A stretch of DNA of 61,912 nucleotides, filler included. It is 3 parts of 3 records of this genome, joined end to end, with 100 filler letters (N's around TTAATTAATTAA, not from the genome) between each part and the next. Parts side by side here need not be neighbours in the genome. Positions count along the whole stretch, not along the records: positions 1 to 29,646 come from DRR378314_291; 2 more parts are not named here. One strand, 5' to 3'. Numbering within the stretch: position 1 is the first letter of the stretch; each line of letters opens with the position of its first letter. A program made the position numbers and the translations under genes. Under the pieces are notes generated by a model. The model searched no databases. It was not told the DNA's origin and worked only from the letters and a program-made list of their open reading frames with translations. Of this stretch, positions 20,621 to 28,950 are shown piece after piece.

Positions 20621-22183
20621 ATGACACATACCAAGCTGACCTTCGCGCTGAACGATCTGGCCGGGCAACACCACAGCTTTCCCTCTGGGCGGACCAGTCT
20701 AATCTGCTTTGTCAAAGAGGACTGCGAAACCTGCAATACCGCCGCTCCGGTGCTTGAGGCATTTCACAGGGCCTATGGCAGCAAAGTCGAGGTCATATTG
20801 ATTGCCCAGTCCGGTGCCCAGAATGCCGTTTTTGCCCAGCGCCACGATCTCTCGATGCCCGTGCTGGATGACACCGCCTGTAAAGCGGCCTTTGACTGGG
20901 ACATCGAAAGCGTACCATCGGTGTTCTGGCTTGATGAAAATGGCGACAGCCGGACGCATTTTGAAGGGTTTATCCGCACTGATTGGGAAGCTCTTGCCGC
21001 TGATCTAAGTGCTGAAACCGCCCTGCCCGCCGCACAGGTCGACTGGGCCAGCCTGCCCGCCTGGCGCCCCGGCTGCGGTTCCAAACACCTTGACCCTTCG
21101 GTGTTTGACCGGCTGACAGCAGAGGCCGAGAACAGCCCGATCCGCGCAAGGCGCATCGAAGTGGCCAGCAGTGACGATGTGGCCGAATTCATGTTCGATC
21201 AGGGCTTTTCGGATGGCTTGCCATTGGTGCCGCCCACGCCCGAGCGGGTGATGCGCATGTTGTCGGGCACCCGGCGCGATGCACAGGAGGTGGTCGCAAC
21301 CGTGGCCCCCAACATGGGTGAGGCGACAATCGAAAAGATCGCGATCAATGCGGTGATGGCCGGATGCAAACCGGAATACCTGCCCGTCGTGATCGCCGCC
21401 GTTGAGGCAATATGCACCGATGAGTTCAACATACATGGCGTCACGGCAACCACCATGGGCGCGGCCCCGGTGATGGTGGTCAACGGCCCCATCCGCGAAA
21501 AAATCGGTATGAATATGAAGCTGGGCGCATTGGGGGCCGGCAACCGTGCAAATGCCACCATCGGGCGGGCGGTGCGCCTTGTGGTGCGCAATATCGGGGG
21601 CGCGTCAGCGGGTGGTGTTGAACGCTCCACCCTTGGCAATCCGATGAAGTTCACCATGTGTTTTGCCGAATATGAAGAACGTGCCGGCTGGCCTGCGCTG
21701 CATGTGGAACGCGGGTTTCAACCCGAAGATTCCGTGGTCACTGTCTTTGCCATGACCGGTGGGCCTGTGCATATCGTCGATCAAACGTCCCGAGAACCGG
21801 ATCAGATTGCGGAGTCTCTGGGGCTTGGGCTTGAGGGTGTGTTTTCGCCTAAAATGAAGAACCTGCCGGTGGATGCCCTGCTTGTGGTCTGTCCCGAGCA
21901 TGTGGATACGTTGATGCGCGCGGGGCTGTACTCCAAAGAGCGGTTGCGCGCCCGCATTCAGGAGGTGACCGCCGTGCCCACTGCGGAATCACGCAGCGAC
22001 GATACACTGGCGGCACCGGCGGGCAGCAAGGCCGCCGCCACCGTTTCGAAATTCGCCAGCACAGATTTTATTCATATCGTTGTCGCAGGTTCCGAGGCTG
22101 GCAAGTTCTCCTCTGCCTTTCACGGCTGGGTCAGCGGCGCGAACGGATCACTTTCAGTTTCCAAGAAGATCGACCTCGGCTAA
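20621..22183 (+). CDS. Thioredoxin/redoxin-like (CETC) domain fused to an uncharacterised domain; partner of the UGSC selenoprotein
   Basis: ATG at 20621 after aagga; the ORF-track start lies inside the tRNA. N-terminal FVKEDCETC and SVPS, linker PGCGS, C-terminal DGLPLVPPTPERV, NAVMAGCKPEY and GNRANATIGRA. Confidence 0.8.
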   Translation: MTHTKLTFALNDLAGQHHSFPSGRTSLICFVKEDCETCNTAAPVLEAFHRAYGSKVEVILIAQSGAQNAVFAQRHDLSMPVLDDTACKAAFDWDIESVPSVFWLDENGDSRTHFEGFIRTDWEALAADLSAETALPAAQVDWASLPAWRPGCGSKHLDPSVFDRLTAEAENSPIRARRIEVASSDDVAEFMFDQGFSDGLPLVPPTPERVMRMLSGTRRDAQEVVATVAPNMGEATIEKIAINAVMAGCKPEYLPVVIAAVEAICTDEFNIHGVTATTMGAAPVMVVNGPIREKIGMNMKLGALGAGNRANATIGRAVRLVVRNIGGASAGGVERSTLGNPMKFTMCFAEYEERAGWPALHVERGFQPEDSVVTVFAMTGGPVHIVDQTSREPDQIAESLGLGLEGVFSPKMKNLPVDALLVVCPEHVDTLMRAGLYSKERLRARIQEVTAVPTAESRSDDTLAAPAGSKAAATVSKFASTDFIHIVVAGSEAGKFSSAFHGWVSGANGSLSVSKKIDLG

Positions 22184-22207
22184 GCTGATCCCGAGAGGAG
22201 GAGTTCA

Positions 22208-22729
22208 ATGGTAACAATTCTGGACCCAACAGACGAACGCACCCCGGTAGAACGCCAGATCACCAAACGATCCGGTGCCCTGTCCGGTGTCATCGGCCTG
22301 TTGGACATCAGCAAGCCGCGCGGCGATGTCATGCTGGACGAGCTTGAGAAACTACTGGCCGAAAAGGCACCTGACGTGACCCTGCGTCGGTTTAAAAAGC
22401 CAACCTTTACCAAACCTTGCCCGGATGAACTGCGTCACGAAATACGCGATAGCTGTGATCTGGTGCTGGAAGCATTGGCCGACTGAGGTTCCTGTACGAC
22501 GTGCAGTATGCACGACACAGTCTGGTTTGAAATCCAGGGAATCCCATCGGTTTTTCTCGCCTCCAGCGAGTTTGGCGAAGCCGCCGAAGCGCAAAAGGCA
22601 GCGCTTGGCATGAAGGATGCACGTTATATTCTGGTGCCTCATCCGATACAGGATGCCACCGACGATGAAATGCGTATCAAAGCAAGCGAGGCGTTGGAGC
22701 AGGTTATTACCGCTTTGACCAGGAACTAG
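22208..22729 (+). CDS. UGSC-motif selenoprotein, 173 aa, Sec at residue 93 (UGA 22484-22486)
   Basis: ORFs 22208-22486 and 22508-22729 are in the same frame and read GAC TGA GGT TCC TGT ACG ACG TGC AGT ATG = D-U-G-S-C-T-T-C-S-M. Strong SD gaggaggag, a SECIS-like hairpin and adjacent selABC. Confidence 0.92.
22492..22520 (+). promoter_or_regulatory. Bacterial SECIS element candidate
   Basis: ctgt-acga-CGTGCA-gta-TGCACG-ac-acag. Perfect 6-bp upper stem, with the apical GU starting 20 nt after the UGA. Confidence 0.8.
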
Positions 22730-22734
22730 CTTTC

Positions 22735-22774
22735 GGGCGCGGCAGTGACAGCTGCACAGCCGCGCCCTCTTTGT
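22735..22774 (+). terminator. Likely intrinsic terminator closing the sel cassette
   Basis: gggcgcggc (22735-22743) pairs with gccgcgccc (22759-22767), followed by tctttgt. Confidence 0.6.
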
Positions 22775-22867
22775 CAGGACGAACCTCCGCCCTGAAAGTA
22801 CGAAAACTCCTTTAATTTTAGCAAATTACCGCAAGTTTTGCGTTATGCAAAATGCGCCTAAAATCTT

Positions 22868-22882
22868 GAACAAAAATAGAAC
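22868..22882. promoter_or_regulatory. Alphaproteobacterial LexA (SOS) box candidate
   Basis: GAAC-aaaaata-GAAC is an exact GAAC-N7-GAAC match in an AT-rich intergenic region. Confidence 0.6.
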
Positions 22883-22897
22883 AAATCTCCATTCCGC

Positions 22898-22912
22898 TTA
22901 ACTCGCGATTAA
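22898..22912. promoter_or_regulatory. CtrA-type box candidate
   Basis: TTAA-ctcgcga-TTAA (TTAA-N7-TTAA; terminal C of the full consensus absent), 76 nt before the ATG at 22989. Confidence 0.55.
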
Positions 22913-22988
22913 GACCCCGCTCCTATGACTTCCCTGCCTCGACTGCCCATCAGGACAGTACGTGGCGGTGCAAATCTAGGGGAATTCT

Positions 22989-25900
22989 ATGCCGGGTAAG
23001 GCGCTATTCATCGGTCACAGTCTGGTCGGGCCGGATATGCCCGCCATGTTCAATAGTTTCATGGCTGATCAGGGGTTCGCCATGCGGGCGGATTATCAGA
23101 TCATCAACGGCGCCCCGCTGATCTGGAATTGGAACAACGGGCATGGGGCTGAGGGTGTGAATGCGCGCGATGTGCTGCCCAGCGGTGCCTATGACGCGGT
23201 CATTCTGACAGAGGCGATCCCGCTTGACGATCAGATCATGTGGAACGACAGCCAAGGCTACGCCAAACGCTACTTCGATCTGGCCCATAGTGCCAATCCC
23301 GACACGCGTTTCTATCTGTATGAAACCTGGCATGAAATCGGCGCAAGTACCTCTGCGTGGCGGGCACAGATTGCCAGCGACCTGTCAAAGTGGGAAGGGA
23401 TTATCGACCATGTGAATGACAATGCACCCTCTGGCGCGGCAGAGGCGTTTCTTGTTCCGGCTGGTCAGGCTTTTGGCAATCTACACGATGCAATTGAAGC
23501 TGGACAGGTGCCCGGCCTCAACAGCATTCGGGACCTGTTTTCCGACAATATTCACCTGAATGAAACCGGCATCTGGTTCGTTTCTGCACTGCAGGCGGAA
23601 GTGGTCGCCGGAGCCGATGCCGCCACCCTGCCGCTGAATACATATTCAGTTTGGGGCACACCCTATGACGGTCCAAGCGCCGCGCTCGCGCAGGCCATGA
23701 ATACAGTCATTGATCAGACTTTAGCAGAGTATGACCGTGACGGCACCGGCGGCAACAGCGGTGGAAACCCGCCACCCCCCCCACCGCCAGATCCGCAACC
23801 TGATCCACAGCCAGACCCGCAACCTGATCCTCAACCGATACCGGACCCGCAACCTACCCCTCAACCGCAACCTCGGCCTGATCCAACACCACCGCCCCCG
23901 CCACCGACAAACGGTGGCGGGTCGGACAGGGATATCCCTGTCGGGCTTGGCTTTGGCTTAAGCCATATTGCGGATTACGCACCGGCATCGCCCTTTCTGG
24001 ATGCTTTCAAATCCTCCCGACCGTTCTTCGGCCATCGCAATGGCCAATGGGGTGGCATGGAAAACGAAGAGCTGGCGGCGCAGGGGCTGTTGGACAGCAA
24101 TGGCTGGCCCACGGATATTCCTGCTGGCCTCGACAAGATCGGCACATTGATCCTGACCGAATTTCCCGCCGAAATGACCGAAGCGGCGGGCCGCTACCGT
24201 GTCACATGGGACGGGCGGGGTGAGCTGGAAATCGGGCTTGCCGCCTATGACGTCACCTATGGGCAGAACGAGGCGTGGTTTTCTTACAGCCCGGATGGGC
24301 GCGGGTTGGTTACCCTTGATATTCTGTCCACTGACCCGGCCAACAACGGCAACCACATCCGCAATATTTCCGTGGTTCATGAACAGCATACAGCGGCCTT
24401 TGATGCCGGGGCGATGTTCAATCCGAAATGGGTGGACATCATTGAGGACGCCCACGCGCTGCGCTTCATGGATTGGATGAACACCAATGATTCCACCATC
24501 GTTTCGCCACGGGACATGCCGCAAAGCGCAGATGCCTCATGGGTCAGCAAAGGTGCACCGCTCGACGTCATGATCCGTCTTGCCAATGAAACCAACACTG
24601 ATCCCTGGTTCACCCTGCCCCATCTTGCCACACCGCAATACATCCGCGCCTTTGTCAGCGAGGTGCGCGACACGCTTGAGGCGGGTTTGACCCCCTATTT
24701 CGAATTCTCGAACGAGGTCTGGAACTGGCAGTTTCAACAGGCACGGGATGCCGATACTGAGGGTCAGGCACGGTTCCCCGGTGTCGGTTCGGCCTGGGTT
24801 CAAAACTATGCCGGTGACGCGGTGACCATGGCCCAGATCATTGACGAGGTGTATGGCGCGGATAATCCCAATGTGGTCAAGGTGATCACCACGCAAACCG
24901 GATGGCTGGGGCTGGAAGACGCGATTTTGAACGCACCAGATTGGATTGCCGAAGATCCCGCAGGGCGCGTGGCCCCGTCCAACCACTTTGATGCCTATGC
25001 AATCACCGGCTATTTTGACGGCGGGTTGGGCCGGGGTGACAAGGGCAACATGGTATTACGCTGGCTGGACGACAGCCTGTCCCGGGCGCAGGCGGCGGCC
25101 AATGCGCAGGGGCTGTCCGGGCGTGCCCACGACGCCTATGTCGAGGCACATCGCTTTGATCACGCAACAACGCTGGCCATTCGCGAGCTGCGCGACGGCT
25201 CCGTCAGCGGCGATCCCCAAGGGTCGCTGGCTGATCTGGCGCGGCTCTTTGCCTATCACAAGGAGCAGGCAGACGCGGCGGGGCTGGAACTTGTCATGTA
25301 TGAAGGGGGCACCCATATCGTCGGCGTTGGCGGTTGGCACGGCAATGCGGCCCTGACCGAGTTCTTTTCTCATCTCAACTACACCGCCGGTATGGGCCGG
25401 TTATATCAAGAGCTGTTTCAAACATGGGTCGATGTCGGAGGCACCCTTTTCAACGCCTATACCGCCGTTGATCGCGCCACGATTCACGGCAGCTGGGGCC
25501 ATCTGCGCCACCTTGACGATGACAATCCTCGGATGGACGCAGTGCAGGATTTCCTCGACACCTTTGCCAAGGGCGAGAAAAACAGCCAGGGCTATGTCCC
25601 CCCCCCGCCCGACAGCACGCCTGCTGAGGTCCTGAACGGTGACGGCGGTAACAATACATTAAACGGCACCGAAACCGCGGATGAGATTTTCGGGTTTGCC
25701 GGTGACGATCTGCTGCGCGGTGACGGAGGAAATGACCGGCTGGATGGCGGGACCGGCTGGGACAGCGCAGAGTTCTCTGGCCAACAGGGCAACTATACGC
25801 TTAACCTCAGGGACAATGGGATCGTAATCGAAGACCGCCGGTCAGATGGGGATGGCACCGACCTGTTGGTCAACATCGAGGAATTGCTGTTCGCCGACCC

Positions 25901-26558
25901 ATCGCAAAACAACGGCACCACCCGACTTGCCGTGCCTGAATTCACCGGCACCCAGGGGCTGAGTGCGGCGCAAATGGAAAGTTTTATCGAGCTTTACATT
26001 GCCTATTTTAACCGGGCACCGGATGCCGTCGGCCTTAACTTTTGGGGCACAGCCTTTGCAAATGGCACAAGCCTGCAGGAAATTGCGGAGCTGTTCATCG
26101 ATCAGCAGGAAACCCGCCAGACCTATCCTGCATCCATGGATGTCGAGAGTTTTGCCACAGCCGTTTATCACAACGTTCTGGGGCGCACTGCGGATGCGGC
26201 GGGTTTTAACTTCTGGATCAACGCGCTTGAGACTGGTGCCGTGGCGCGTGGGCAATTCATCCTTGCCCTTTTGGACGGCACAAAGAACCCGCCGCAAACA
26301 CAAATGTCGGACAGCTTTGCCGCGCAACAACAGGCGGACAGGCAGTTTTTGTCAGATAAAACCGACATCGGTGCCTATTTCTCGGTGCATAGGGGCATGT
26401 CAGATGTATCCAATGCACAAACTGCAATGGCCATGTTCGACGGCAGCGCCGCCAGCTTTGATCGTGCCATCGGTATGGTGGACGACCTATTGCAGGGCGG
26501 GACAGATGAATTCCTGATGCCGCTGGTCGGTGTGCTGGAAGAACCCGCTTGGTGGTGA
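22989..26558 (+). CDS. Large type I-secreted multidomain protein: SGNH-like esterase, Pro-rich linker, glycoside-hydrolase-like domain, RTX repeats, DUF4214-like C-terminus
   Basis: FIGHSL ... DNIH; (PDPQ)n; RFMDW, EFSNEVWN and MYEGG; GGxGxD-type nonapeptides; LYIAYFNRAPDAVGLNFW. No signal peptide. Confidence 0.75.
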   Translation: MPGKALFIGHSLVGPDMPAMFNSFMADQGFAMRADYQIINGAPLIWNWNNGHGAEGVNARDVLPSGAYDAVILTEAIPLDDQIMWNDSQGYAKRYFDLAHSANPDTRFYLYETWHEIGASTSAWRAQIASDLSKWEGIIDHVNDNAPSGAAEAFLVPAGQAFGNLHDAIEAGQVPGLNSIRDLFSDNIHLNETGIWFVSALQAEVVAGADAATLPLNTYSVWGTPYDGPSAALAQAMNTVIDQTLAEYDRDGTGGNSGGNPPPPPPPDPQPDPQPDPQPDPQPIPDPQPTPQPQPRPDPTPPPPPPTNGGGSDRDIPVGLGFGLSHIADYAPASPFLDAFKSSRPFFGHRNGQWGGMENEELAAQGLLDSNGWPTDIPAGLDKIGTLILTEFPAEMTEAAGRYRVTWDGRGELEIGLAAYDVTYGQNEAWFSYSPDGRGLVTLDILSTDPANNGNHIRNISVVHEQHTAAFDAGAMFNPKWVDIIEDAHALRFMDWMNTNDSTIVSPRDMPQSADASWVSKGAPLDVMIRLANETNTDPWFTLPHLATPQYIRAFVSEVRDTLEAGLTPYFEFSNEVWNWQFQQARDADTEGQARFPGVGSAWVQNYAGDAVTMAQIIDEVYGADNPNVVKVITTQTGWLGLEDAILNAPDWIAEDPAGRVAPSNHFDAYAITGYFDGGLGRGDKGNMVLRWLDDSLSRAQAAANAQGLSGRAHDAYVEAHRFDHATTLAIRELRDGSVSGDPQGSLADLARLFAYHKEQADAAGLELVMYEGGTHIVGVGGWHGNAALTEFFSHLNYTAGMGRLYQELFQTWVDVGGTLFNAYTAVDRATIHGSWGHLRHLDDDNPRMDAVQDFLDTFAKGEKNSQGYVPPPPDSTPAEVLNGDGGNNTLNGTETADEIFGFAGDDLLRGDGGNDRLDGGTGWDSAEFSGQQGNYTLNLRDNGIVIEDRRSDGDGTDLLVNIEELLFADPSQNNGTTRLAVPEFTGTQGLSAAQMESFIELYIAYFNRAPDAVGLNFWGTAFANGTSLQEIAELFIDQQETRQTYPASMDVESFATAVYHNVLGRTADAAGFNFWINALETGAVARGQFILALLDGTKNPPQTQMSDSFAAQQQADRQFLSDKTDIGAYFSVHRGMSDVSNAQTAMAMFDGSAASFDRAIGMVDDLLQGGTDEFLMPLVGVLEEPAWW
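23768..23907 (+). repeat. Pro-rich PDPQ linker repeat (12-nt period)
   Basis: Encodes PPPPPPPDPQPDPQPDPQPDPQPIPDPQPTPQPQPRPDPTPPPPPP. Confidence 0.9.
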
Positions 26559-27348
26559 GAGACCCTATGATTGAGGTTCCTCTGCTATTATGAGGGCTTT
26601 GCCTTAAGTGGCCCGGGGGCCTTTTGGCATTCAGGGCCCCGCGCTTTCGTGCCGCGAATACCGCAAGGGAGATAACCTCCCCCGCGTTTCGCACAGCCGC
26701 ATTTTGTTTCCGCAATTTTGACCATTCCCGGCACTGCCACACCAAACGGCAGATCAAGGCGAAAGAATCGCCCGCCCTTTCATGGGGGCAAGCAGAGGGA
26801 AAACTGGCCCCCTGCACTGATGGGGTTTGGCCCACTCTGGCTGGCATCGGTCTGCCGCGTTAAATATGGGCATCGGCGCGGGATCGCGATGCGCCCTTGC
26901 ATAGCCAAATTAAAAACGACACCCCGCATAAACATCGGCAGACGAAACAAGGGGCGGGTGGAACTGCGCAGGCGTGCTTGTGCCATCTTCCCTGCCGCAG
27001 ATAAAATCGTTTTATTTCCGATCACTTGCTCGACATTCATTCAGTAGAGCTGCGTTTCTCCTTCAATCCGCCAAGTTTGATCCAGGTTTGGGTGGGCGCT
27101 TCTCTGGCCGTGAAAACCCTGGTTGCGTATTCTTCCAATCCTGCGAAAGAGCCGGGCTTTCCCCCCACAAAATGATGCGACGGCAGGGTATCGACCCGCC
27201 AACCGCACAGACCACCGCCCATCGATAAAAGTTTCCCTTGACTCAGAGGGCCCCGAATAAGCTACATTTATTACAAGCTGGTATTAAGTATCATATAATA
27301 ATACCTCAGAGAAAAATAAACGTCCAGCGGGACAGAATGGGAGAAAGC

Positions 27349-28863
27349 ATGAAGCTTGATATTTTGAAGTCATCGGTTGCGGCCATGGCATTGACGGTGG
27401 CCGGTGCCGCCTATGCGGACAAGGCGAGCGATACCTTGGCCGTCGGGTTCACCAAGGAACTGGAAAACGTCGACAGTTATTTCAACTCTTCCCGTGAAGG
27501 CGTGGTCATGCAGCGGGCAATCTGGGACGGGTTGATCTACCGCGATCCCGCCACAAACGAATATATCGGCAACCTTGCCACGTCCTGGGAATGGATCGAT
27601 GATGTCACGCTTGAGCTGAAGCTGCGCGAAGGCGTCACCTTTCACAACGGCGAAGCCTTCAACGCGGATGACGTGGTCTATACGGTTAACTTTGTCGCCG
27701 TTGAAGAAAACGGTGTCAAAACTCAGCGCAACGTCAACTGGATGAAGTCGGCAGACAAGATTGACGATTACACGGTACGCATCAACCTCAAGGCCCCCTT
27801 CCCGGCAGCCATCGAATTTCTGTCCGGGCCTGTGTCGATGTATCCAAACGAATATTACGCCGAGGTTGGACCATCCGGCATGGGTTTGAACCCGGTCGGT
27901 ACCGGCCCTTACAAGGCCACCTCTGTCACCCCCGGCCAGCATTTTGTTCTGGAAAAGAACGAAAACTATCATGACAGCCCCAAAGGACAGCCCAGCATCG
28001 GCAAAATTGATATTCGCACGATCCCCGATGTGAACACGCAGCTGGCCGAAATGTTCACCGGCACGCTGGATCTGATCTGGCAGGTGCCTTCGGATCAGGC
28101 TGAGAAGCTGGGCCAGATGGATCAGTTCACCGTGGTCAATGAAAGCACCATGCGCATCGGCTATCTGACGTTGGATGCGGCAGGCCGTACAGGCGAGGAC
28201 AACCCCTTTACCAAATTGAAGGTACGGCAGGCGGTGGCCCATGCCATCGACAGCCAGACCTTGATCGATGCTCTGCTCAAAGGCAAAAGCAAAGTGGTAC
28301 ATTCGGCCTGTTTCCCAAGCCAGTTCGGCTGTGAGCAGGACGTCAAAGCCTATGAGTACGACCCGGAGAAAGCCAAGGCCTTGCTGGCCGAGGCCGGATA
28401 TCCCGATGGGTTCACCGTGCCGTTTTACGCCTATCGTGACCGCGACTATGCTGAAGCGATTTCCAGCTATATGAACGCCGTTGGCATCAAGACCGAATTC
28501 AACATGTTGAAATATTCGGCCCTGCGCGAACTGCGTGCGTCGAAAGGCACGCCGGTCTCTTTCCAGACCTGGGGTTCCTATTCAATCAACGATACCTCAG
28601 CCATCACAAGCCAGTTCTTCAAGTTCGGCGATCTGGACGATTCCCGCGACGCCGAAGTGCGTGACTGGCTGGATATCGCAGACAGTTCGACCGACGGCGA
28701 GAAGCGCAAGGAATACTATTCCAAGGCGTTGAAAAAGATCGCTGACGAGGCCTATTGGGTGCCGATGTTCTCTTACAACACCAACTATGTGTTCGGGAAT
28801 GAAGTGTCCTACACACCTACACCGGATGAGGTTCTGCGCTTTACCACGATGACGTGGAACTAA
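27349..28863 (+). CDS. ABC substrate-binding protein (DppA-like, family 5)
   Basis: SD ggag, signal peptide ending AYA, LREGVTFHNGEAFNADDV and PVGTGPY. Confidence 0.92.
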   Translation: MKLDILKSSVAAMALTVAGAAYADKASDTLAVGFTKELENVDSYFNSSREGVVMQRAIWDGLIYRDPATNEYIGNLATSWEWIDDVTLELKLREGVTFHNGEAFNADDVVYTVNFVAVEENGVKTQRNVNWMKSADKIDDYTVRINLKAPFPAAIEFLSGPVSMYPNEYYAEVGPSGMGLNPVGTGPYKATSVTPGQHFVLEKNENYHDSPKGQPSIGKIDIRTIPDVNTQLAEMFTGTLDLIWQVPSDQAEKLGQMDQFTVVNESTMRIGYLTLDAAGRTGEDNPFTKLKVRQAVAHAIDSQTLIDALLKGKSKVVHSACFPSQFGCEQDVKAYEYDPEKAKALLAEAGYPDGFTVPFYAYRDRDYAEAISSYMNAVGIKTEFNMLKYSALRELRASKGTPVSFQTWGSYSINDTSAITSQFFKFGDLDDSRDAEVRDWLDIADSSTDGEKRKEYYSKALKKIADEAYWVPMFSYNTNYVFGNEVSYTPTPDEVLRFTTMTWN

Positions 28864-28873
28864 GCTGATCCTT

Positions 28874-28907
28874 GGGGCCGGGCGGGTTTTCTGCCCGCCC
28901 CCCTTTG
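28874..28907 (+). terminator. GC hairpin after the substrate-binding protein gene (stabiliser or partial terminator)
   Basis: ggggccgggcggg-tttt-ctgcccgccccccttt. Confidence 0.45.
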
Positions 28908-28950
28908 CCATGCGCACGCCAAGTGCCTTGACTAAAAAGAGAAAACCAAC

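Noticed and set aside
22208-22729. Pseudogene or two separate small genes
   Set aside because: The in-frame UGA in a UxxC motif, the SECIS-like hairpin and adjacent selABC favour recoding.
26780-27222. Short minus-strand ORFs or a cobalamin riboswitch
   Set aside because: No recognisable protein family, and only fragmentary resemblance to riboswitch motifs.
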